This document shows, piece by piece, positions 51,025 to 62,160 of a stretch of DNA of 64,000 bases; the first letter of the stretch is position 1; the number at the start of each line of letters is the position of its first letter. The notes beneath the pieces were generated by a model. It made no database searches. It worked only from the letters and a program-made list of their open reading frames with translations, and was not told the DNA's origin. The stretch is taken from the NCBI GenBank assembly GCA_000320545.1, contig ADNK01001325.1, positions 1 through 64,000 on the forward strand, read 5' to 3'. The DNA comes from Bigelowiella natans CCMP2755. Taxonomy: Eukaryota; Protista; Cercozoa. A program made the position numbers and the translations under genes.

Positions 51025-52023
51025 TCAAGAGTTGTCCACTTTGCACTTCTTCAACAGTCTTCTAGCAAACTTCAGGAACCCATATATAGCCTTTGGGTTG
51101 TCAACTTTCAACTTTTTGAAGTAGTTTAAATATTCGGTGATACTCACTTTTCCGTCTTTGTTTTTGTCAAGCGAGCGAATAAGGCGTCCGAAGAATCTTC
51201 CATTTTTGTCAAACCTAGAGAGTTCCTTTTCTTCGATTTCTCCACTTTTATCGACATCAATAGCATCAAAAACGGATTTTACCCTTTTTTCTTCATCCGT
51301 TGTTAGCTTCTTGAGGCATTTTTGGGCATAGCTTAAATAATTCCAAACTGCTTTTGGGTTTCTAAGTTTTAGTCCTTCGAAAAATTTCAGGTACATCCCT
51401 TTGTCAATTTTTCCGTAAAAGGTGTCCATTTTCTCAAAGAGTTTACCACTTTCATCAAATCGATACAGTTCTTCTTTATCAAGCACCCCATTTCCGTCCG
51501 TGTCGATTTTAGAAAACAAGTCTAGGACGCCTTCCCGTTCTCCAATGGTCATTTTTAGTAAAGTTTTCTGAGCGTACTTGAGATATTCCTCGATTGCTTT
51601 TGGATTCTTTGCTTTCAAGCTCTGGAAAAATTCCAGATATTCTTCTTCGCTCACTTTGCCGTCTTTGGATGTGTCGAGCTTGGCGAAAAACTTCCCGTTC
51701 TTGTCGAAGCACTGCAGATCACTAGATGAGATGGAACCTGTATTCTCCACGTCAATCTTCGAGAAAACCTCGAGTATCTGCTTTTTTTCGGAAGTTGTGA
51801 GACGTGACCCTTGACCCTTAGCCTCAGGGGCCTTGACCTCACGACTTCCCAATCCGTTCAAGAAGTCTTTAAGGTCGCCCTTCTTTGCCGCTGCGAAGTA
51901 GCCAGCTCCAAAATCCAAGATATCCTGGGGCTGGTGCCGGATGACTTCCTTTGTAAGTCCCTTCAGAATGCCTGGCAGGGCTGGTGGTACTGTTATCTGC
52001 TCTGCGGAGTATACCCTATCCAT
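51025..52023 (-). CDS. RIIa (dimerisation/docking) domain plus multiple EF-hand protein, radial-spoke RSP7/RSP11-like; intronless
   Basis: MDRVYSAEQITVPPALPGILKGLTKEVIRHQPQDILDFGAGYF, then three repeats each with an EF-hand pair (e.g. DTSKDGKVSEEE, DTDGNGVLDKEE, DKNKDGKVSITE). Confidence 0.88.
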   Translation of the reverse strand: MDRVYSAEQITVPPALPGILKGLTKEVIRHQPQDILDFGAGYFAAAKKGDLKDFLNGLGSREVKAPEAKGQGSRLTTSEKKQILEVFSKIDVENTGSISSSDLQCFDKNGKFFAKLDTSKDGKVSEEEYLEFFQSLKAKNPKAIEEYLKYAQKTLLKMTIGEREGVLDLFSKIDTDGNGVLDKEELYRFDESGKLFEKMDTFYGKIDKGMYLKFFEGLKLRNPKAVWNYLSYAQKCLKKLTTDEEKRVKSVFDAIDVDKSGEIEEKELSRFDKNGRFFGRLIRSLDKNKDGKVSITEYLNYFKKLKVDNPKAIYGFLKFARRLLKKCKVDNS

Positions 52024-52219
52024 TGTTAGCCACTGAGCGTACTCAACAACACAGCGTATCGGTTTCACTCTCTGGCAGAATGTCGTTTCAGTATAAGATG
52101 AGAGGTACGACTTGCAATTAATTCCAGAAAACCCACCAATTACACAAAAATGCTACTTAAAAAAGAGGTTTTTATCAATGCGACAATGCAAAATGGTCTA
52201 AAAATCTGTCTTGCTATGA

Positions 52220-55200
52220 TGGACACAGACTGAGATCACTCGCACAGTTCCTCAACGCTGTCAAGGGAAAAATGTGATTCTTCTCGCGGAGTGTGTCCAC
52301 GCGTCCCCCTCCATTGCTTTGTGCATTCATTCATTCATTCCTTCCAGCAAATGTGAAACATGATGGTCATGTGACACCATGCACATGATGTGCATGATGT
52401 CACTGTTGCTGATGATGGACGTGCAATGCCACGTGCCATGTGCTTGTGCAATGCACACGACATCACTGTGTCCATGATGAACAAACCCTCAACCTTCTGT
52501 GGAGGTTTGGTTGATTGTCACGGTCAAGTCAGCATCGATCCTTCACACACATCCAGACATGCACAACCGTGTTCACAACCGCTCCTGTGGGACTGCTTGA
52601 CTTCGCTTGTTCCTGTGGAAAGAACTCACTCGTTCGCTCACTCCCTCCTTGTTTGCTCACTCATTCACCTAGTCGTCCACACTCTGCGCCCTGCCAAAAT
52701 CATCCGTCCATGTGCCGTGGTCGTTGCGATGCATCGCACGCACTGCACGCACGTGTGTGTGCCAGCGCTGGAGCCGTGCGCACGCACGTGCATGTCCAGC
52801 AGGCGCGGCCGCTCACGTTGCGTTCATGCGATTGTTTTCAGTGTTTGTGTTGGATGTGGTGCAAGTGAACGAAGTGTGCAAGGCCAGCCCGACGTGTCCT
52901 GGACGCGGTGATGACACGGCAATCACGGTGCGCATCGCACCCTGATCCAGTGATGAGTGTGCCGCGCGTGCATCACAACAAGGACACGCCAGCACGTGCT
53001 TGGCACTCTGACACTCCCTCTGGTCCTGAAAGCCCTGCAGTTTGCGAGCTTTCAGGCATTGCCACAGCAAGCGGCAAACTTGACCACGATCTGACAATTG
53101 AACGTTGACCATGCTGGAAGTGTGCGGACCTCATCGAAGTTCCACGACCTGGACAACCCAGCAATGTTGCGCGGCAGCAGCTCTCTTGTGGGGACCCACT
53201 CAGGTCCCCATGCGTGCACACGCGTGTCAACGCATGAAACACACGTGTGCCATTTTTCCAGGTCCCTGTGCTCTCGCGCGCGCGCACACGCCAGGTGCCA
53301 CACGCCTCTGGGCCTGGATGTCCAGACATCGATCTGGACGCACTGTGCAAGCAAACGTTTGGTGCTGCGAACTCATCGGGCCGGTGCTCATGCGCACGGC
53401 GCAAGGCAAGTCAAAGTTTGAATTCGGCCGTGGCGTGCGCTGGCATGAGTGCACCTCGCTGGCTGCTGGAGCTCGCAAGCGCCGCGTGACGGTGGCCCCA
53501 GCTAGGCTTCCACGTGACACACACTGACACAGTGTGTGGTGTGCACTGCAGGCACGGTGCGTGTGCACGCTGCACGTCACACGCACAGAGCACAGCCACA
53601 CGTCACCTTGTGTGTTGTTCCGTCGCAATGTGAAATTTCCGCGTTGCGTGCCAGCGTGGTTGTCAGTCGTGTCCACTGCACGAGCTGCAGCGTCACGTGA
53701 CAACTCGACACGACATGATGCATCTTGAATCACGTTCAATGACTGTGTCTGTTGATTCTGCTGGCATGCCTTGCATGCAGATTCCTCCACACCAGCGTGC
53801 CACGGGGGTCCACGTGACTCACAGATCGCTGGATCACGCCAGCACGTGCCAGCATGACCAAGTCATCAGAAATCACTGGATCAGTGGATTGGGGGAACCG
53901 CCCCCAATGTGCCAATTTGATCTGCAACTGGTTCACAGGACGTTGGCGCCACGTCCAAAGTCACGACTGGTTGCCCACGGCTTGAAGTGCGCATCGCAAC
54001 TGCAAAACTTCACCTCGCTTCACTTCACTTCAATTCAATGTCGTGCATGCACTTCGTGTGCACACCACGTGCTGTCCTGCATCGCATGCACACATTGTGC
54101 ACTTTGGTGCACGCACGCACCATCACAGGAAACTCCAACACAAAGACGCACGTCGTGCAGTGCAGGTTCACACACGACGAGATGCGTGACGTGTTGTCCG
54201 TTCACGTTCTCACGTGTTTGTCATTGATTCTGGCATTGCACGCGCGCTCGCCACCATGCGCATGCTTGCTGGCTTGTGGTTTGCACCGTTGCGCAGCGTT
54301 GCGTTGGTCGCAGTGTCGTCGCTTCAACCAGATGTCAGAACTGATGCTGAACATCTCATCACATTCAGTGGGCAACCTTCAACTGAATTGAAAAAAACAG
54401 CTGAAGAAATGTCAACAGGCAAATGCACCAAGAAAAAAATTGCAGAAACATTTGATGAAACATCCACTGCAGATCGTTCATTTTTGCATCATGATCGCAA
54501 GCAAAGTGTGAACAAAAGACACATGATGAACTTTGAAAGTTTTGTGAACATCTGAAGTGCGTGCTGGCGGTGCGATGCACTCAACCAGTCCAGTGCAATC
54601 CGCAATCGATGCGCGCGCCAGTCCAGCAGTGCACGCTCGCTTGCATGCCATGTTTGGACGCACGTGCAATGGCACACGATCGCGCTAGCGCGGCTGGGTG
54701 ATCTGGAGATCAAGGGGGGCGGGAATGAGGGTTTTGCGGCCGCAGGGGTGTTTTTTTCGCGCGGAGCGCGAGAAATTTGCGGGTGGTTGCAGTGAAGTTT
54801 GCAAGTTTCCATTGCAGATTTCACTGAATTTCAGAAAAATGCTCTGCACGTTTTGGCATGGTGAAATGCGGAAACAGCGCAACGCGCCAAGAGAAGCCAT
54901 TTCCGCAAGTCAGCTTCGGCCGGCGGCGCTCGGCAGGGCCGCAGGGCGCCTGCGATTGCTGTGTCCGCAAACCCGCCCCCCTTGAGCTCTGGGGCGCCCG
55001 GCTGCGAACGCCACTCACGTGGCACGGCGGCAGATCGTGTCAAGCACCTCAAGTTCAGCAACAAGTGACGACAACACGTGCATCACACGCCTCGGAGACG
55101 TTCGGAGACAGGTGTCATTTGCGTTCTTGTTTTTCCCCTCTTGTTTTGCGAAGCTCTGGCTGGTCTGGTGATGTCAGGTGAACGAGTGAACTGAAGAACG

Positions 55201-55510
55201 ATTGAACTCACAGGAACGCACCCAAACACAAACATCGTTGCAGTGAACACTTCCATTGGGAGAAGACACGCGAATCGTGAGCTGAACCCAATGACGGCCA
55301 CATCTGACAAGTTGTGAAATGACCCTTCCAAATGAAAACAGGAGTTGGCCAACCAACAGCCACAACGATGACAGTGACAGCCAAACCACATCCAATGTTG
55401 CAACACATTTGCAGCCACTTTCATCCGAGGAAGGCGAGTTGCGGTTCGTGTTTTTTCACATGCGACAAGATTTTGGTTTTGTCGCACACAAAACAACAAG
55501 TTTTTTCTGC
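52220..55510. other. Largest TpA-depleted hypermutated domain (about 3.3 kb)
   Basis: Only three TpA found by eye (about 52670, 53503 and 54686), all in CTAG. Confidence 0.92.
54710..54985. mobile_element. Non-autonomous DNA transposon (MITE) with terminal inverted repeats
   Basis: TCAAGGGGGGCGGG (54710-54723) and CCCGCCCCCCTTGA (54972-54985) form a perfect 14-bp inverted pair. There is a further imperfect subterminal match (gggttttgcggccgcag / gggtttgcggacacag). Confidence 0.7.
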
Positions 55511-55548
55511 AATAGGAATTGTACAACTGCTCACTCTCGAAATTAAAA

Positions 55549-56941
55549 ATGGCATCCATCGCGAAGATAGCTCTCGTGAAGGCTTCAAAAGAGAACAACC
55601 TTCAAGAGGTAAGTGTACCATCATATTTGACATTTGTGATGATTATGAATTTTTCCATTACAATGATTCCACGAAGGTCTCACTGCTCCTGTCTCAAAAA
55701 ACGGATCCAAATGGTGCCACAGGACATGGGATAAGGTGTCGTCCTTCCTGTGACACTGCACAGCGCCGAAGTTGATAATGTGTATTAATAAGGCCAGTGG
55801 CATTACTTCAAAATGATTTCATATCTCTACCCTTCTAATATGACTTCTGTTCTTACCTCTTGATACTAGCACCTAACTTACAACAACAAAAAATAGTAGT
55901 AGAACATCGACAACAACTACAGCAGCAGCAATTACTGTTGCTGCTGCTACTACTACTACTATTACTAGGACTCACCTAATACAAGTATTCCCACATATTT
56001 CTCTCTTCTTTATCAAATTATCGTTGCTCTTTTTAAAAATCTGTGCTTTGTTGTTAAATCTGCTAACCCCAGTCCTTTGCTGGTGGCCTGCACAAACGGT
56101 GCTCCTTACATTACTTTACTATCACAAACATACACTAACAAACTCCATGCAGAAAGTTGTTAAATATGTCTTAAGTACGTACTTTGGAATTCATCACAGT
56201 TAATATAAACTAGCCGTTCATTCTCCACAATCTAAAAGGCAACGTGGAGATCGTACGTGAGCTTATCAAAGCGAAGGCTAAGATTGGAGTGAAGAAGAAA
56301 AATGGACAAACAACGTTACTTTGTGCAGCTGCTTCTGGGAGTGTGGAGGTAATGCCTCACTATTAAGAATTGTATCGAACATGATTCTGAACTGCTTGTC
56401 AATCATTCGAAACAAGACGGTACAATGCATTTTGGAAGCCAAGGCTGATTTAAGTCACACCGACAACCAGGTGTTGTTATTTGATTATTATTATTAATAA
56501 TAATAATAAATAATATATGTCATTTTCCTCTATGGTAGAACAGATAATACCACTATTATTATTATTGTTGTTCTTCTTCTTATTATTATTATTATTATTA
56601 TGAGATATCTTTGTCATCATTTAAGTCGATTTTGTGCTACTGTAACTTGGTAATAATTCGCTAGAAGTGTGTGGTTTTTATTGAACAATTTCTCCTTAGA
56701 AATTCTATGATGATGCCTATTTGTTTGATAGTGGTAAAAGTTATATTTGTGAGATATATTGTGTTGGTTAAGGAGTGTGGCGGTAGCAGATAATGATGAT
56801 GTTGATATGTGGACTTAATTACGTTGTTTCATCGCCGTGGTTGTTATTTGTACTGTTCTACGTGTAAAAGAATTGGTCTGCGTATTCGTTTGCTTGTCAC
56901 AATGGCTGCAACAACATTCTCTCCCTTCTGGTCAAAGCGAA

Positions 56942-56976
<35 letters not shown>

Positions 56977-57390
56977 CGTCATAAAGATGATGATGATGAT
57001 AAAAATGTCCGTTACGATAATAATGTTGAAACCACCGGGAATGTAGTAATAAACACCATCTCGTCATGCTCATCATTGTGCTACATACGTACGTACATCT
57101 ACCCTGCTAACCCTGCTAACCCTGCTAACCCTGCTGCTGCTGCTGCTACAAAATTGTTTAACAAGCACCAACAATATCTGCTATTATTATTATTATTATT
57201 ATTATTATCATTATCCTGGTGTTTCTCTCCTCCTCCTCCTCCTCCTCCTCCTCCTCCTCCTTCTCCTCCTTTCTATGTAGCTTCCAAGCTTAAAGAATTT
57301 GAATTCCTTGCTTCGTTTGGCTGCCCAAGTAGACCAAGCCAATTGCTGTCAATACCTTCTCGACCTCAAGGCCAATCCAAATGGTAGTAT

Positions 57391-57426
<36 letters not shown>

Positions 57427-57565
57427 AATAGTAGAGGTATATATTAACAACAGCAGCGCGCTCTAGAAGAAGATAGGAGAATCTCGATTCTTTCGCCACA
57501 TGTTTCTGTTATTAGACGAAGACTTGGACAACTTTACGGCTTCAATGTACGCCATTGAAAATCGG

Positions 57566-57600
<35 letters not shown>

Positions 57601-58099
57601 GTAGTAGTAGTAGTAGTAGTAGGGACATTTTCTTCTTATTCTTATTCGTATTCTCTTCTTCTTTTTCTTATTCTTCTGTGCAGATATGAAAGCGATATGT
57701 CTGCAATTAGGCAGTCGTACTTGATGCCGATAATGATGATGATGATGATGATGATGATGATAAAGTGCATAAAGTTTCGTTGTTGATGGTGACTACTAAT
57801 ATTATTCTACTACCAGGTGTAGCATCAAGACATTACGGACTCTGCTGGACGCAAAGGCGCATATTGGGTACTACTACTACTACTACTGCTACTACTATAT
57901 TGCTATTATGAGTAGAAGTAGCAGCAGCAGCTACATGTGAGGATGGGGAGGAGGCAGATAATAATGATAAAATACATCATCACTATCGTCAACTTAATTG
58001 TGGGTTGTTGTAATTGCATTGAACCGGGAAGTTATTTTTACTTTGCGTCTTATACATGTATACATGTATAAACATTTATATAAACAATATTATAAATAT

Positions 58100-58151
<52 letters not shown>

Positions 58152-58257
58152 AATGTGTGTGTGTGTGTGTGTGTACATATAAAATATCTGCAGCAGATGC
58201 CTAAAGTTGCTTGATGTACATCATCAACTTCAACTACTACTACAATTAAATTTCCTC

Positions 58258-58298
<41 letters not shown>

Positions 58299-58536
58299 AG
58301 TGTAGATAACTTCGATATTGCACGGCTAAGCTGTCCTATCCGATCAGTAAAGCATGCGAAGGTAAGGTCGCTATCGCTCTTGTGCTAATAGCACACGATG
58401 GAAAGCAAGATAAAAGAGGATTGATTGCAATATATATTATCATCACAGAAGAATAACCCATTATTCACGAAATATTGACGATGATTAGTTTACCTGTAAG
58501 TAGTAGAGTTATCATAAAGATAATAATAGAATTTTC

Positions 58537-58602
<66 letters not shown>

Positions 58603-58764
58603 ATTAGCACACTGTCATCATAGAACAGGTGAGTTGCATATATTACACGTACTAGGTGTACACCAGTGTTCTTTGAATTCATCCATTATTATCATCACCG
58701 TCTTTGATCGCTGATCTTATCTTTATTTATAGTACCACTACTTGTTATATGTACTGCTTTTGAG

Positions 58765-58795
<31 letters not shown>

Positions 58796-58853
58796 TTACT
58801 GCTGTTACATGCTCTAGGATGAATTATTGGTAAATATAATAATACCAAGAAAC

Positions 58854-58886
<33 letters not shown>

Positions 58887-59024
58887 AGATGTTCTTTAAC
58901 ACTAATTATAGAAACCCAGGATTCGACGAAAGAACTTCTATAAATTGCTCCTCACGGTGACCTCCATCTTGCATGCATTGCTTTTCTAAGAGGATGGCCT
59001 GTACGATATATTGTTGTGTTTAAG

Positions 59025-59079
<55 letters not shown>

Positions 59080-59389
59080 TAATGTTAGATTGTAATGTTT
59101 TCTAGTAACAGTAGTCTTCTCTTCTAGCTAGTCGTCTCACTCCAGCATATGTATTTTCCCTCTTTATTATAAATGGTGCTACATTTCTTGTTCCTGATTT
59201 AGTTTTTCCTATGTTAATAATATTCCCAGAGGTAGGTAGGTAGGTAAGTTGTTAATAATAAGAGTACTAATAAGTCTTATCGTATAGGCAAGGAAAGAAA
59301 CTATCGAAACAAGAAGTGAAAGGCTTAGAGAGTTCATGCAAAGAACAAAGATAAGTATTGCAATAGGAGGATCAGGAGGAGGAATAAGC

Positions 59390-59424
<35 letters not shown>

Positions 59425-59585
59425 TTTTTAATGCTGATAAACAAGAAGAAGAAGAAGGAGAAGAAGGAGGAGGCATAAACGACGACGACACGTATCAGAT
59501 TAATATATAGTCAAGGGCAAAAGACACGTATCAGATTAATACATAGTCACGGGCAAAATAGTGTTTCGCATGGTGGAAATAGTGT

Positions 59586-59619
<34 letters not shown>

Positions 59620-61500
59620 AACTAGAATAGTATTGCTATTGCTGCTACTTTACACATTAGGAGAATCACTTATTCGGTCAGGAGGAGAAGACAGGAGTAG
59701 TAGTAGTAGTAGTAGTAGTAGTAATAGTACTACTACTAATACTAGTACGATAGAAAAGGATAAGATGAAGAATCTGCTGCAGCAGCAGCAATGTAAGGAA
59801 GAGAAGGAGGAATTTAAACGGGGGGAGGGTAGCAAAGAACGACAAATACAGCTAGCAGTGGTACTACTACTACCACTACTACTACTACTACTACTACTGC
59901 TGCTGCTGTACTACTGTTGTGATCAAGTGCTTTAGTGTAGTTTCCTCTTCTTCTTCTACTTTCTCGTAATAAGTTATCAGGCAGAAGATGACATGTAGTC
60001 GGCCAAAACGTTGTTGGAAATAAGAAACTGATAAATTCAAAAATAACATCCAGATATTAAAATCAATCACAAAGCCTTGTAATTGCATGAATATCATCCG
60101 GTAATACGATGACCTTGATAATTATATTTGATTTCGCAGTCCATCCACTAATGCCTTATGTTAAGGGTTTAAAAAATCCCTCCTCCTCCTCCTCCTCCTT
60201 CTCCATCTCCTCCTTCTCCCTCCCCTTCTAACCTTACATACATACTGTTCATTCGTTGCTTTTAGATCGGCGGATTATTTTGGCGCTTCTGAGGTGTGGA
60301 AGTGATGAAGAATAGTGTTGTAAATATTGTATTAATGTGGAAGTAGTAGTAGTAGTAGTTGTTGTTGTAGTAGGGAATAATCATCAGAATAATAGTGAAT
60401 AAATAAGGGAATGTGATTGTAGTAAGTATTATATGTGATGTTGCTACCCGTGTTTTGACAGAAGTTGTCTTTCAAATTGTAAATGGATCATGCAGGTTGT
60501 AATCGTAGGCAGAGATACTCTGACAGCCGTTAAGACATTGTGGGGTAATAATAATAATAATAATATGATGCTGCTTACGTGCGATAGCTTGTTAATCTCT
60601 TTTTACGCGTATATTTTTCAATAAGAAGTAGCCAAATGAAGATAGTACATTGTAGTGATATGTTGGAAAAAATGACGGAAGAAGAAGGGTGTAGGTGAGA
60701 ACCGCTGTGATCATCATTTTAATAAATGCTCACTTGTTAGGTTCTCATCCAATATCAGTACCCATCATCCGTATAGAAAGTACTTTGAAAAAGGTGGTTC
60801 ACTCATCACGCCATTCAATTTTTTGTATTGACGACTAATATTCTTAATCCACATCTCCACCTCCTCGAGTATTGATGAGTAATATTCTTAATCCTCCTCC
60901 TCCTCCTACTCCCCCTCCTCCTCCTCCTCCTCCTCCTCAAAGGCAATCACTAGATTGAAGGCTGCAGGCTACAAAGTGTTCGGTAAGTATATTTTGATGA
61001 CCACGTTGTCCGACAAATGCAGCAAACAATTCGATCATGCTAGAAGAAATTATGCCAGAAAAACACGCCATCAATCATCTTATTGTTGCAAAGATGCTAT
61101 CTATCTCGACAGCCAAACAAAAGCTTGTGATCCTACAGAGACGACGCTAGATTTATAATCCAATGTAGGTATTGAAATTGAAGAAAGTTCGCAACCAGTG
61201 TCCAGCCTTCCCTTTGCACACACTCACCACACAGCATTTCTTGCTGGCGCAGAGTGGGGTCTTTCAAAGGATGCAATGTCTTTCTGCGATGGATTCGTTT
61301 ACATATCTCAGTTTGGAGCAGGGGTATGATGTTTGGGGTGTATTTGGCTGGTCTTTGATATAGAGATCGTTCGATTAAGATTTTCCCAATATCTCCAGGT
61401 ACCGTGTATCAATGTGGGAATGGCCTCGTCCATAGCTTTACACTATTTTGCAGAGTGGAGAAATGAAAATGAAAAAACTCGCAAAATTAAAGACTATTGA
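55549..61500 (+). CDS. Ankyrin-repeat plus SpoU (SPOUT) RNA methyltransferase fusion, about 19 exons; a further 5' exon at 55332-55433 is possible
   Basis: Ankyrin exons SPLLVACTNG|NVEIVRELIKAKA, TTLLCAAASGSVE|TVQCILEAKAD and LLRLAAQVDQANCCQYLLDLKANPN. SpoU exons LAV|ILKSITKPCNCMNIIR|SADYFGASE|VVIVG, KVFG|IEI and TAFLAGAEWGLS...CDGFVYISQFGAG|VPCINVGMASSIALHYF. All junctions I traced are phase-consistent. Confidence 0.8.
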
Positions 61501-62160
61501 CTAAATTGATGCGAAGCTATAATGATATAGCTAAATTGTTCTTCATCAGTTCGCTAATATGTTCCATCTGGCGGGCTAGCGAGGCCGTGCCGTATGGCGT
61601 ACGTTCGTGGAAATCATGCAATTATTCGTTTTGCATTTCGCCAATACATGATGAAGCCAAAGGTGCGCGCGTGCTCATGTGGCCATTAAACGCGCGCACT
61701 TGAAAATTGGTATAAGCTCTGCGTGCACACTATGTGCTAAGAGTGATCTAATCCTGATATGACTAATGATGTTCGCTAAATGAATACATGCGTCATGCAA
61801 CATACAATCGCGTCGTGCGCGCATGCACAGTGCAAATAATGTTCAAATCACATAGCAGAGCTAGCAATGGCCAGCAGCGCAACGCTGAAGCGTGCGACGT
61901 ACACATCTTGTTGCACTAATAACTATTTTAGTATATTACGCACACGGCCTCAGCTCTTAGCCCTAGCTAGATCTAGCTAGCGTCACGTACTGGGAGCGAT
62001 CAATTTATAATGAGTGCCATCATTGCATATTCTAGCATTGTTACTACCTGTGCGTACTCGAGTATGTGAATCGTACCATTTACACGCGCATGATGCGACA
62101 TATGGCAAAACTCTGTTTATCGCGAGTTGCTTCGTGCAGAAACCTACGCTCTTAGTACCA

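Noticed and set aside
53889-53932. Hairpin ATTGGGGG-aaccg-CCCCCAAT followed by CTGG as a Helitron 3' end
   Set aside because: Spacing is longer than typical and no 5' end or second copy is visible; insufficient support.
52390-55400. Dense overlapping ORFs in all six frames, rich in Cys/His/Ala/Val/Thr/Met (also 3218-3920, 9366-10895, 45061-45478)
   Set aside because: Artefact of TpA loss: TAA and TAG stops are absent and CA/TG codons dominate. No recognisable domains.
52220-55510. CpG-methylation decay or classical RIP as the cause of the CA/TG excess
   Set aside because: CpG is abundant here (e.g. cgcgcgcgcg at about 53276), and RIP would create rather than remove TpA. The PLAC8 fragment points in the TA->TG direction.
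57102-57135. (CCCTGCTAA)3 resembling a telomeric repeat
   Set aside because: Short intronic minisatellite merging into (CTG)n; not a canonical telomere array.
22724-61500. A gene in this window encoding the putative mutator
   Set aside because: No deaminase (HxE...PCxxC), DNA methyltransferase or Y-family polymerase motifs were seen. SBNO and the SpoU fusion have no demonstrated link to the process.
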